Position numbers and translations under genes: made by a program
Part shown: positions 26,560 to 39,398 of the stretch, piece after piece
How the letters are laid out: every line of letters starts with the position of its first letter
How positions within the stretch are numbered: the first letter of the stretch is position 1
NCBI GenBank assembly: GCA_964016885.1
Contig: OZ024740.1
Coordinates: forward strand, 308,202,001 to 308,266,000
DNA length: 64,000 nucleotides
Direction: 5' to 3'
Source: Eledone cirrhosa
Taxonomy: Eukaryota
The notes under the pieces: generated by a model
Database searches by the model: none
Told to the model about the DNA's origin: nothing
The model's input: the letters and a program-made list of their open reading frames with translations, nothing else

Positions 26560-27548
26560 AAGCTGTAAGGGCTAGCCCTTTACCCCTGACAAACTCATAA
26601 CAAAATTCGGAGATAAACTTAGTTATAGTGGGAGCTGCATTTACATTAATCACAAAGCCATTGATTGACAAGAGTTAATTGTGGTATTTTCGGTATTTAA
26701 AGTCAAACTAGAAACTGTTAAAAACAAAGTGTTTCTTACCTGTTAAAACAAAAAAAGAAAAATTGATCTAATGAAGATGGTTAACATTATGATATATCAT
26801 TAAATATCTGATTTGTTCAACCGATCTTATTTATGAAAAAACGGATAATTTAGCTTAATTGTTGTACTCTCGGGTCACGAATAATCGTTCCCAACCCCCG
26901 CTTATTAAATTTTGCTGATCTATCGCCGGCGAAATTTTATTTTAAGTGGTAGCATTCCTGTGATAATTAATTTTCTTTATACATTAAAAAAACATTATAA
27001 ATAACAAAAAAGTACGTTAATAGAAATCCCATGCTATAAAATAAATATGATGGGTTGGGGGTCTCAATATGTAAACTAAATGACTAATTCTGGCTTTTAA
27101 AAAATCAACGAAGACAAGCTAGAAAAACTACCGGTTTTCCACCCACCCTCAATTATTTCAATCCCCTATTGAGAATATGTAGAGTTTATTGTATTGAAAC
27201 AGATAAATAGCACGGTAAGTCTACTAATTAACATCCAACAAAATTGAAGTCTGCTCATTTGTTATTAATTTAAAGTGTAATGGATTTGGGAAATAATTCT
27301 TGTCGCACTTGGTGGTGAATTGCCCCTACTCTTTCTTTTCCCCTTTTTAATGCTTTTTTTTATATCTCTTTTATGCGTTAATATTTGTATATATCATTTA
27401 TGTTTGTGTTTTCGTTCTGTAAGTATTATATTATTATATTTTTATACAAATATGATCTGTAATAAAAGTATTCGATTCTTGTATTGTCCGCGGAAATGCT
27501 TTTGCGGTCTTGTTCGCGGGGCGCACCCAAAACACCTCCGCGCCCTAG

Positions 27549-27656
27549 GCCCCGAGCAGATGACGCCCTCCCATTCCCCGAGCCCATGACCCCCCTCCCA
27601 TTCCCCGAGCCCATGACCCCCCTCCCATTCCCCGAGCCCATCACCCCCTCCCATTC
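27549..27656. repeat. 27-bp C-rich minisatellite (~4 units)
   Basis: CCCCGAGCCCATGACCCCCCTCCCATT repeated. Confidence 0.85.
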
Positions 27657-28699
27657 TTCTGTGAACGTAGAGCCCTTACCTTTCCCTTCCTTTTCTATTT
27701 TTCAATTATTTTTCCTAAATAATTTTTCTTTTATTCTTGTATTAAGATCAACATCAAACAACCAATTGTTCATAGATTGAGTGGAGAATCACTGAACTGG
27801 ATTTGATAGCTTAAAGTTTATTAGATCTCAGAAGTATTCTTATATCTTAGTATTGTATCAACCTTAAATACCTAGTAATGGTACTGCCGAATAAAAGAAT
27901 TTTTTAACAGGGGTAGGGATAGCCTGGCCCGTAGATTAAAGAAAAGACGAGGTAGTGTCAACCGAAGCGCTTTTAATCGTAAGTCTCTTCTACAGGTGGA
28001 ACAAACAACATCTTTTGAGCAAGGAACAAGAATTCAAAAGTATAGAGGGGGAAAGTAGAAATTGTGACGTTAATTCTTTTCCGAATGATCATCAGAAGCG
28101 CAAATGAAGTGACTCGGTTAATTATTACAGTTTTAGACAAAAGTTTGGAGAAATGTTCAACGAAAAGAAAAGAAAGAAATCAAAATCCTTTTAAAAATCA
28201 ATTTCTGTCATGAATTATAAATTGATGGAAATATGATAACTTACTAATAAGAACGAGAAAATAAAGAAAGTGGGATAAATTTTCAGTAAGGTCCGATAGA
28301 AATATTCCGTAAGAGCATTTAGTTTTCTCTTCGATTGTAAACATTGGTTTATGAAAACGTTTCGCGTGTAAATTGTCGTCTGCCTCGCTAGACAAACTGA
28401 GCCTTATCTTGGTAACAACCAATTATAATCTACCTCTTTATTCACTCCGACACATAGCAATAAAATTGATCTAGAATTATGAATGTCTATTTATTTAAAT
28501 CATGTTAACGTTATTTGAAATCAAGAAAATAATAATTTAAAAATATCATCAAGATATTGATCAAAATTATTGAAGAGATTGTATAATATATATGTGTATG
28601 TGTGTATGTATTTATCTCTCTATGTATATATATTTTTACACATATGCACACGTATACATATATTGAGAGGTTTTTTTTTTTTATTATTTAGCTCCGTAT

Positions 28700-28760
28700 A
28701 ACTGTTAGCGTCACTTCCCTTTTGTTATCGGTATTCCAGACGTGGGTGTTACAGTAAGTG
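28700..28760 (+). promoter_or_regulatory. Putative STT3A core promoter and short non-coding exon 1
   Basis: Locally CpG-retaining region; overlapping ETS/CRE-like GCGTCACTTCC (28708-28718), pyrimidine initiator-like CTTCCCTTTT, donor ACA|GTAAGT at 28754. The ATG exon has an acceptor (TTTTTTTCAG, 39295) just upstream, implying an earlier UTR exon. Confidence 0.5.
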
Positions 28761-29540
28761 GCTTTATTGTTATTTATTTACACGTAATTAACTTAAAGAA
28801 CTTGTTTAATTACATCTATTTAAATGACATTTCATATGATCTCTTCCTCGCTATGTTGGTGACATTGTATAAAAAAATTACTCAAGTTTTAGGATGTTTC
28901 TAATAGAGTTATATGCGGTTTGATATGTTTCGAGTTGATTGTCTGCTGATGTGGCATAACAACACCGGTAGTTGAAAACGTGAAACCCAAATGACTTCTA
29001 TTTCCATCCTCAAAACATTCCTTATGTAAACATACAATTGATATATATATATATAGTAATAATAATAAATATGTATATAATTTCCCTATATACATTTATA
29101 TTTTAATGATCATTGATTGACGGGTGTTTCCTTCACATTTAATGTCAACGTGTTCTTAGATCTATATCACCCTTGTAATCATTACACGCATGCATGCACT
29201 AGCATATGTGTTTAGTCCATATACATTAGTACATATATTGACATAGTATAATGTTAAGGATAAATCGCGTAGAATATAGTGTTAAAATGCTGAAGATGGG
29301 CAGCAAACACTCTATTGGTAGCTACACATACGTGTTCACACACACACACTTCTAAAGAATGAAACAGTTCTAGTCCTGTAGAATCTCATCTATATTAAAA
29401 CTTATCTATATATATATATTATGTGTATATATATGATGTGTATATATATGACATGTGTATATATATGATAGGTGTGTATATATATTGTGTATATATATAG
29501 TGTATATATATATGTGTATATATATATATATGTGTATATA

Positions 29541-29573
<33 letters not shown>

Positions 29574-29579
29574 GTATAT

Positions 29580-29908
29580 TCATTTCATTTCATTTTACGT
29601 CCGCTTTTTCCCTGCTTGCAAGGGTGGGACGGGAACTGATTCTGGCTTGATTTCTACAGCTGGATGCCCTTCCTAACACCAACCTCATTTACTGTGAGTG
29701 CTGGGTGCTTTTTTGCCGTGGCATCTCCACGACCACTTTGCAGTGGAATCATAGGGACCCCAGTCCCTATCATCTCATTTCTACAGCTGAGTAAACTGGA
29801 GCAATGTGAAATAAAGTGTCTTGCTCAAGGAAACAACACATCACCCGGTCTGAGTTGAACTCACAACCTTTCGATTGCAATGCCAATGCTCTAACCACTA
29901 AGCCATGT
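29580..29908 (-). mobile_element. Young CORE-like SINE with RTE tail, within TA-rich microsatellite
   Basis: Near-identical to the other three copies. Confidence 0.85.
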
Positions 29909-29990
29909 GTATATATATGATATGTGTATATATATGTATATGTGTGTATATATATATATATATGGGATATGTGTATATATATATGTGATA

Positions 29991-30027
<37 letters not shown>

Positions 30028-30865
30028 GCATAATTACAGTTGAATGCCTCCACCAGTTTCGACTGTGTTCTCATAACTCTCTTAAGGCATACTTTTAAAT
30101 GGAAATTTTGCAGGCACGTTTTCCATGATGTAGATTAGATATGTTGTTGAAATTTTAAAAAATAATTAAATTTTAAAAAAAAAATTACTTTCATTATCGT
30201 TCAGTTCATTAATGCTCTTATTTACTGAATGTTTTCAATCTGTTTTTGTAGTATTTCCGTCATGCTTTCCAATTTCATGTAGTTAATAAACTATGTTAAT
30301 CAGTGTGTAATTGATTTTCTATAGGAACGCAATATTATAATGCTGTAAATTAAGAAGAAATATAGAAATAAAGAATAACTTTTCTTTTAGATGTCATCAC
30401 ATAACTGTGATGTGTCTCTGAAAAATGTCATTAAAATATTCACTAAGAAAGTTGAGGAAACAAAGTCCGGGGTGGCCTATATACAACTTGTTGATGCCTG
30501 TTCTTATATCTGATAAAGGACTCCGTCTGAAATGTTTCGTAATTTTTCCATACAACAGGCTAACATCAGTTGTATTTTAATGTCCCATCTAATCCTAGTA
30601 AATATGTGTATTTTATATGAATTATATCTATATATTTGCGCGTCTTTATAATTTCCTTCGAATGAAACAGTTCTAAACCTGTAGAAGCCATTTCTATATT
30701 AAATATTTATACTCTGCTATGTATTGAGTACCTTACTTACTGTGGTTACTTCCGATTGAACCCGACACATACACACACACACACAGGTATATATATATAG
30801 ATGGCTTCCAAAAATAATGGTTGCATTTTAAAAGGGTACGTCAAAGCTTATTTGTAAAACTGTTA

Positions 30866-30943
30866 TATATTGTATTTTGTCTGATGAAGGCATACCATGA
30901 TTTAATTTGGTATCCCTGAAATATGTATAATGAAATAAATATG
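30866..30943 (+). ncRNA. Type I hammerhead ribozyme-like motif (minimal, Penelope-type)
   Basis: CTGATGA 30881-30887; stem II AGG-c-ATACCA/TGGTAT-c-CCT; GAAA 30918-30921; self-complementary stem III ATATGTAT; AUA site (cut after 30929); stem I 30866-30880 pairs with 30930-30943 (G-U pairs, one bulged G). Confidence 0.65.
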
Positions 30944-30976
30944 GTTTTATAAATATAATTTCCATTTATTAATATC

Positions 30977-31018
<42 letters not shown>

Positions 31019-31020
<2 letters not shown>

Positions 31021-32620
31021 TCATCAGGTTTAGCGTCCGTGTTCCACGCTTGCATGGGTTTGGACGGGGGTTTTCCCACTTGAGGCAAGAGTGGTTGTCT
31101 TGCTCGCATAGGACTGTCTGGCGGGTTTTCTACAGCTGGATGCCCTTCCTAACACCAACCACATTTACAGTGTGGGGCTGGGAGGTTTTTACCGTGTTTC
31201 CTACACGGCCACATTTACAGCGTGGACTGTGTGTTTTTTTATCGTGACACCTACACGATCTCATTTGTTTCGGCCTGGATGTTGTGGGACCAACATAACT
31301 TTACATTGAAAGGGGCGGTGTGGATGGGGTGGAGGTGGTGGGACGGGGGGGGGGGGGGGGGGGTTTGATAGAGATGCCTACTGACTGTAGTAGGTTTTTA
31401 CTTTGTATTTACTTTGTTCGTCCCAGGTTTTTCTGGGTCTGCCTACTCCGTGGCTACCGTCTATCTTTATTGCCCTGCACTTTGTTATACAACTGTCGTC
31501 TTTCATGCGCATCACGTGACCGTACCAACGTAGCCTTCTCTCGAGTAAACAACATCTGATCCCTCTTATTTCTAATTTTTTCCTTAGTTCGTTTATGCTT
31601 TGCCGTTCACGTATATTACTATTGCACATCCAGCGGAGCATGCAAGCTTCGTTCCTCTCTAGTCTGCGTATATCCTCTGCACACAATGCCCAGGTCTCAC
31701 TGCCATGCAGCATTGCTGTTCGTATGCAGGCATCGTATAACCTGCCTTTCATTTTTAGGGAGAACCCTCTAGCGGCTAATAGTGGTATAAGCTCTCTGAA
31801 CTTTTTCCATCCAGTTCTGACTCTAGCTACTGTACTTTCAGAGCACCCTCCACCACTGCTGATTTTGTCACCCAGGTAACGGAAGCTGTCCACTATTTCT
31901 ATAGAACCCTCTGCGCAGTTGAAGGAGCTAGTATTTTGTGGGCACTTGCTGCTACTTATTGCACCAGAGCACCGGCCACATGTAAAATCTATGTTCTTAG
32001 TTAGCTTACCTGTGATCCCACTACACCTTTTATGCACCCATACTTTGCATTTGGGACATAAAATGGAGTTTCTACCTACGCCTTTCCTACACACAGCATG
32101 GCCATTTCCCAGATGGGACTGCCGCCTTATTTTCTTTCCTACAAACTAGAACTTTAGTCTTAGCCAGGTTAATTTTAAGGCCTTTTGATTCTAGGCCGTG
32201 CTTCCATGTTTGGAATTTCTTCTCTAGTTCGGTCATTGATTCAGCTATGAGCGTTAGATCATCTGCGTATAGGAGTTCCCATGGGCAGCCGGTCTTGAAC
32301 TCCTCTGTTATAGCCTGAAGGGCAATAATAAATAGTAGGGGGCTAAGAACAGAGCCCTGATGGACACCAACTTTTACGCTAAACTCTTCACTATATTCGT
32401 TGTTAATTCTAACCTTACTGACTGTTTCTTTATACATGGCTTGTATAGCTCTCACAAGCCATTCGTCAACACCTAGTTTTCTAAGAGACCACCAGATAAT
32501 GGAACGGGGGACTCTGTCGAAGGCTTTCTCCAAGTCGACGAAAGCTAAGTATAGGTGTTTACTTTTAGCTAGGTACTTCTCCTGTAGTTGTCGTACAATG
32601 AAAAGAGCGTCTGTGGTACT
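31019..32620 (-). mobile_element. 5'-truncated RTE LINE (RT with YADD plus PHD-type finger)
   Basis: ORFs 32087-32533 (DLEKAFD, GVHQGSVLSP, LLYADD) and 31378-32094; frameshift; short deletion at the C-terminus; (CAT)n tail and TA repeats at both ends. Confidence 0.92.
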
Positions 32621-33989
32621 TTATATATACATATATACACACACACGTGAGTTCGTCATGTCTTGTCTTCCCGTAAATCTAGCCATATCAGTGTCCTTTG
32701 CTCAAGGAATATGGTGATATAGATTCTATGAAAACGTCACCTATTTCCCCCCCACTTTTCTCTCTCTCCCTCTCTCTCTTTAAACACACACACGTAGACA
32801 TGAACATGATTTTGTGATCTCTTCTCGAAAATAATATTTGCATCCGTCTTTCATATTCCACCTGAAGATTCATTCATTCTTGCTTACAGACTAGAAGGAT
32901 CAGAGGACTCTATCTAGCTCATACGTTTCAGTTTGGCATGGTTTCTATGACTGGTTGCCTTATTGTATTTGGGTTTGTTTTCTCGTGGCATCACTGCTAC
33001 CGTTTGACACGGTGAACTGGTGTATTTTTTCATGGTACCAGCACTACCACTTTACATTGTGGGCTGGGTACATTTTCTTATGATTCCACCACTTCCACTG
33101 AGAGCAGAACACATTTTATTGTAGAACCTGCATTACCACATTTCAACATTAGGCCACTTGTATCCTTGGCCATATTGGGAGGACAGCGATAGGGAGTGTG
33201 GAGGGATGAGAGCAGGGTGTAGGCTGCCTGTTGCTAGCCCATGGAGGGATGGGTAGCCTTAAGAGAAACAAGTGATGTTTGACAGTATTGCTTTCTATGT
33301 TGACATGGTTGGGCAAGGGTGAGGAGAATTCGGAGATAAATTTGACAGTGCAAGTTGTGGGTGATGGGAGGAGGAGAGAATAAGTGGTATGGGTGGTCTT
33401 AGAGAGAAAGTGAGCAAGCAGTGTCTGGGAGTACAGTGGAGGTGCATCTGTCTTTCCATTCTGGCATGAAAGTCAAGGACATGAAGGATGGAAAGACTAG
33501 GAGAGTTGGGGAATAGATAATGAGAAAGGAGGCAACCTAAATGTTGTTACATATTTCTGCCTTTTACAACCATCCTCCCTATTCTTTCACCCTGCTCATG
33601 TGTGAGACACTTGAAATCCAGTTTTTCAGGTCAGCTTTTACCACTTTGTCCCATGTTTTCATATGTCTTCCTAGGGTTCCTTCAACTTTCAGTGTCCTTC
33701 ACTTCTTTATGCAGCTCTCATTCTTCATATATCACATGTCCATATCAATGCAGTCTTCTCTCTTGTACACTGCAGCTAATCCTTCTTGTGCCTAGTTTTT
33801 CTCTTTAACCATTAATGCTTTGCTGTTCTTGCAAGAGGAGTGGAAAAAGTAGTGGTTTGCACATGTTCTACATCTTGAAGATCAGAAGCGTGAAGTATTC
33901 TGGATTGCAAGACATTGTGCTAGAGAAATTTGTGATGTGGTTGGAAAAAAGTGTGTCTGAAATAATAGTGGAACACTCCCTCACACTCA

Positions 33990-36358
33990 CTGTGTCTAAT
34001 CGCGAAAAGAAGAGGCATGGAAGACTATGAGAAACTCCTGAAGGAAGAAAATAAATGGGACAGTGAGGGCCAAATCCATGTAGACCCAAATGAGGAACCA
34101 GCCATAAAAGTTGACAGTGGTGTGATAGATAAAGCAATTAAAGAGAAAGCACTGGACTATCTTGTTTAGTTGCTGTGATACTAAAAACATCTGGCATGGT
34201 AGGTTACAAGTTAGTCAGATGCATAATTAATCAAGTAGTACAAGATGATATCATACATAATGACTGGTGCAGCAATATCATTGTAAACTGATAAAAGGAC
34301 AAAGGAGATACATTACCGAGAGGTAACTACAGAAGCATCAAGTGAAAGGACTATATCATCAAAGTTGCTGAAAGGGTTAGAGTTAGGTTAGCATAACTAA
34401 TTAGGGGCAGAATAAAATTAGATGAAGTGCAGTTTAGCTAAGAGTAAAACACTGCACTTAGCATTTGTAGATTCGAGGAAGACCTTTGACTGGGTCCCCT
34501 GTTCTGTAATTTGATGGGCACTTGGGAAGCTAGGTGTAGATGAATGTTTTGTGAGGGCCATGCAATCCATGTATAAAGGTGCAACCAGCAAAGTTAGATT
34601 GGGCATTGAGTACAGTGATGACTGAAGTTCATGTGGGATCCATGAAGGCTCAGTCCTCAGTCCACTCCTGTTTATCATTGTCCTTCAAGCTATCACTGAG
34701 GAGTTTAAAACTGACACTCCATGGGAACTTCTGTGGGAGAATTAGCAGCGAAATTTGAGACATGGAAGAAAAACCTAGAGTTGAAAGGCCTAAAAATAAA
34801 CAAAAGTCTGAAGTAGGAAAGTGGATAGGAGGCTGATACCATCAAGGAAGAGGCCTTGTTTGATGTCTTGAAAAGGGCTGGACAGAAATTCTATACAGTG
34901 CGCACAGAGTAATCTATGGATGCACAAGAGATGTAGCGGGATTACAAGCAGGTTACAGAGGATAGAATTAGTTTGTGGCAGAGGCACAGAAGCAAGCACC
35001 AAGAGCAAATTAAATTCCTTCAGTTGTCGGAGGCTTCTTAGAACTTGTTACCGAGGTGACTTAATTAGCAACAGGAGAGGTTACTTACCAGGGTAAGAAC
35101 AGGCTGGAAGAAGATTAGGAAGCTGGTATGTCTGCTGACAACAAAGAGTTTCTCTCTCAGAGTGAAGGAATGCCTGCATGTGAATTGTAATGCTACATAG
35201 CAGTGAAGCATGGGCCTTGAGTGCAGAAGTATGTTCCAATGGATGTGTAATGTTAGCGAGCATGAATGACAGCATAAGCGAGCTGTAAAAAGAAGCTTGC
35301 CGTAAGAGGAATTTGATGAAATGTGCATTGGTAATGGCCCTGTAATGTGTATGGAAGATAACAGCTGTATAAAGAAATACAGAGATATCTCAGTGACTGG
35401 GATCCAGGAAAACTAGGGATGAGGTAGTGAAGACCAACTTTAAGAAGCTCACAATGGAGATGACAAAGAACTGCAAGAATCGATGACATGCTGTACTGGA
35501 GAAGACCTGCTTTATAAAATGTGACCCGACACATCCCCATGTCTCCACTCCACTAGCACTTCTTATTTGTTATCCTCACTTGGGCCCTGTAAGCCGTAGT
35601 GAAGGCAATACGTCTAGGCGGGCAGACACTCCAAATAAAAACTAACACAGGGTGGAGAGGGTTCTTGAGTCCAGTAAGACAACCTTTCTAGTGTTAGTGG
35701 CACAAATAATGCACCCAATCCACACTGTAAGTTGGTTGGCTATAGGAAGGGCATTCAGCCAGAAAAACCCTGCCAAAAAATGAACATATGAACTATCTTA
35801 CACTCCCTCAGTCCCTCCATGTTCCTTCCACTATCACTCCTTAGATATTCTCATTATCACTACATGCCCACCCCCATCTATAATCTTTAGTAGCTATTTT
35901 CCTTATTGCACCTTAGTAGCTACTCTAGCCTTGTGCACCCCCACCCCATCCTACAAAGCATTCTTAGCCTTCTGTTTATTATCATACTCCAGTATGTGGA
36001 TGATCTTACACTCATAGCTAAGTCTCTGGCAGAATTGGAGAAGTTCCAAACCTAGAAGCACAGACTAGAAACAAAGGGTTTTAAACTCAACCTGACAAAA
36101 ACTAAGGTCTTAGTAAGTAGAAGTGAAAACAGAGCCCTGATCCCCTCAGGGGAATTGCCTTGCTCAGTGTGTAGGAAATGTTTTCCCAGTACTCATTGTA
36201 AATGTGGTTGATGTTAGGAATGGCATCAAGCTGTAGAAACCAGGTCAAAATCAGTTAGGTATGAGCACATGATCACCTGACCCGGCATTTCTCACTACAG
36301 GAAAACTTGTTTAACCCATGCTAGCAAGGGAAAATGGGCGTTAATCAGTGATGATGAT
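33990..36358 (+). mobile_element. Old degenerate RTE LINE copies
   Basis: Decayed RT motifs (LAFVD.RK.FD, GSVLSPLLF), 3'UTR GGAAGGGCAT motif, (ATG)n tail near 36350. Confidence 0.7.
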
Positions 36359-36536
36359 ATATATATATTCATTTGTTGTTTTAATCAAATTAATATTTCA
36401 CTCCATTCCTGCACCAGCCATGGAATCCAACATCAAGGATAGAAGAGTTGCATAATGTAGAGTGCTTTTCCTACTATTATATCATGGTTAACAAAACAAA
36501 TTAACCAGTTCTATCCATTGGTGAACCATAAAACAA

Positions 36537-36578
<42 letters not shown>

Positions 36579-37559
36579 ACATACATACATATACACACAT
36601 GTATGTGTTAGTATCAGTGGCAGTTCTAGCTCATCAATGTTACTCTGGCATAACACATTTTAATAAAATTTATTAAACTTACAATTTAATAGAAGAATTT
36701 AAGCATCTAACTACAATTTCATCAAACAACAATTGAAGAAGGTTCTGTGTACACACTGCAATTACTTGATAACTGGCTGTTATACAAAGATTGACTCAAT
36801 CATTTGTCTTTATCGATGGAATTTTTTTAAATAAGCCATTTACTTAGGAGATGATGGACAACTCATCCAACCCATTTTTTAACCTGTTGTTTTACATTGA
36901 ACTGAAACCAGCTAATTTCTACAGATGATTGATTTAGATATTTTGAATATGTTGGCTATCTTACGTGACCTTTAGGGCTTAACAACAGGAACATATAATT
37001 TCAATGACTAGAAATTGCATTAAAAAGAATAGTTTCATCTACACTGTATATCTAGTTTAGAATAGATATACTGTATCGCTGCATGTTGTAAGAGGTGACC
37101 AAAAGAGTTGATGCCATAAAACACTGCTTCAAAAAAACCTCATGATGAATATAACAACATATGGTCAGAGAATATTTGTAGGGATCCTCACCCTCTCTTG
37201 TCAAAACTCAATGTGTGAACCTAGTTGAAACAAGAGGAGTTCTGTCTATTTATGATGCCAGGTGTTCCTTATGGAGACCAGTGTATTGGGTTTGGGACAT
37301 AGAAAGTAAGGATGATGACAGGGAGATCAGAAGTGGTAGACACTGAATAGAAGAGTGGACATGTATTGTATATAGGAGACAAGATGGAAGAGAAGTGGTG
37401 CAAGAATGGTGAGTGGATGACAAGGACAGGAGTTAGTGTGGCAAGGGTTTCTGAAAGGTGTGCTTGGTGTTGGGGTTTTGATTTCTGTAGAGTTTGTAGA
37501 CATGGTGAGGGTGAGTGAATGGTTGATGATTGTGAAACTGGTGATTAGGAAGTTCTTGG

Positions 37560-38390
37560 TGAACATCATCTCAGGATAAGCCTCACAGCCATGTCAGAGT
37601 GTTGAAGAGATAAGTTTTGGTGAGCAATATAGAAGATGATTGAAAACATGTAAGTTGAGGAAGTTATAGTGATAGAATGAGATTTGAATGTACCACTTAG
37701 TTGCCTGTAACTTGAAGGTGAGAGAAGAGCTCAACAGAAAAAAATATCAACCAGAGCTGGATGTGTAAATGAACATGAGAATGCTTGTAAGTCTTTCAAA
37801 GATGGTTTGTTAGGAGCTGCTGGTGATGACCACTTGGAAACATGCGTGGGATAATGAAGTTGAAAAAAGGTGTAATAAGAAAAGTGGAAGATTCAGAGAA
37901 TAGCAGAGTGAGGGATATGGTAGAAGAGGCAGCTCATCAGAGTTACAAGACAACTGAGTAGGCTGCAAAGAAAGAAGTAACAAATACATAAGAGGCACAT
38001 AGAAGAATGTTTGAAGAACAAATGGATTAAGAGTAAGGCCTGAGAGAGGGTTTTTAGGATTGCAAGGCTGTTTGTGTGTGTGTGAGGAAGAGAGAGAGGG
38101 AGATGTGCTGTGACAAGGGGAATGGTTGAAGGATCAAGAAGGAAAAACTGTTGTGGACCTTTGGAATTAAGGAAAGGTGGAAAATATATATGGATGGATT
38201 GTTAAATGTGGAGAATGAACGGGATGGTAACATAGAGAGCAATCTAGGCCTCAGACCTGTTGAGGAGAGAGCTCAAAAGAAAAAAAGCATTGAGAGAGAT
38301 GAGTGGAAGAGCAAGAGGTCGTGGGAAATGTTAAAGACAGCAAGAATTTGGGTGTGAAGATGACAACAGGAATCTGTGAGTTGGTGGTAA
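37560..38390 (+). mobile_element. Old RTE LINE linker-region fragment
   Basis: IKERWKIYMDGLLNVENE matches the W..HYERLLNEEN linker motif of the intact copy. Confidence 0.5.
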
Positions 38391-38659
38391 AATAGCATTG
38401 ACACTCTATATTACTTCATTCCTAGCCAGAATACACATTCATATTAATAGACTGTCAGTCAAAATGTACAAAAAGCAGTTGTTATGAGATGAATATTCTA
38501 AAGTGAAGCCAGTTTAAAATAATATTCCTATCATAGCCAGTAATGTCATCTTACAAATTTAGCTATCTAACATTGTTCTCTAGGGTTGTTTATTGATTGG
38601 TTTCTTTACTACCAACTGTTAATCTGTTCTTATGGAGTTACTTCAGTGAGGTGTAATGC

Positions 38660-39185
38660 TATGGTAGACAGTTCTAAAGTGGAATTATTGGGGTTAGAGA
38701 GTTCTACTGTGGAAGTATTGTTTGGAGAGTTATACAATGAAAGTATTGCGTTTGGAGAGTTCTACAGTGGAGGTATTGCGTTTGGAGGGTTCTACAGTGG
38801 AAGTATTGCGTTTGGAGGGTTCTACAGTGGAAGTATTGCATTTGGAGGGTTCTACAGTGGAAGTATTGCGTTTGGAGGGTTCTACAGTGGAAGTATTGCA
38901 TTTGGAGGGTTCTACAGTGGAAGTATTGCGTTTGGAGGGTTCTACAGTGGAAGTATTGTGTTTGGAGGGTTCTACAGTGGAAGTATTGCGTTTGGAGAGT
39001 TCCAGAGTGGAAGTATTGTGTTTGGAGAGTTTTTCAGTAAAGGTATTGTGGTTGGAGAGTTGTACAATGGAAATATTGTGGATGGAGAGTTCTACAGTGG
39101 AAGTATTATCAATAGAGAGTTCTGTAGTGAAATTATTCTTGTTAGAGAGTTCTACAGTGAAACTATTGTGGTTAGAGATTTTTAA
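38660..39185. repeat. 30-bp minisatellite, ~16 units
   Basis: GAGGGTTCTACAGTGGAAGTATTGCGTTTG; homogeneous centre, degenerate edges. Confidence 0.95.
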
Positions 39186-39307
39186 AGTGTGGTGTAATGT
39201 TGTCCAAGAGTTCTAAAATGTTGTTTGATTTTGTGGATTGTCACTGCTAAAGGGAAAATATTTCATCTTTAGGTTTTTTGGGGGGTTTTTTTCAGAGAGG
39301 AAACAAG

Positions 39308-39398
39308 ATGGTAACTCAATCATGGCGTCTTCGCCTGTCGCCAGAAAAACAGGACACTTTATTAAAAATGACAATACTCACCATTGCTGCAGTCTTGT
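39308..39398 (+). CDS. STT3A: STT3A coding exon 1 (MVTQSWRLRLSPEKQDTLLKMTILTIAAVL)
   Basis: Matches the STT3A-type N-terminus (LRLSxEKQDTLLK); AAGATGG start context; donor T|GTAAGT, phase 1. Confidence 0.92.

Noticed and set aside
38660-39185. CRISPR-like array (30-bp periodicity)
   Set aside because: Units are contiguous with no unique spacers, there are no cas genes, and the context is eukaryotic.
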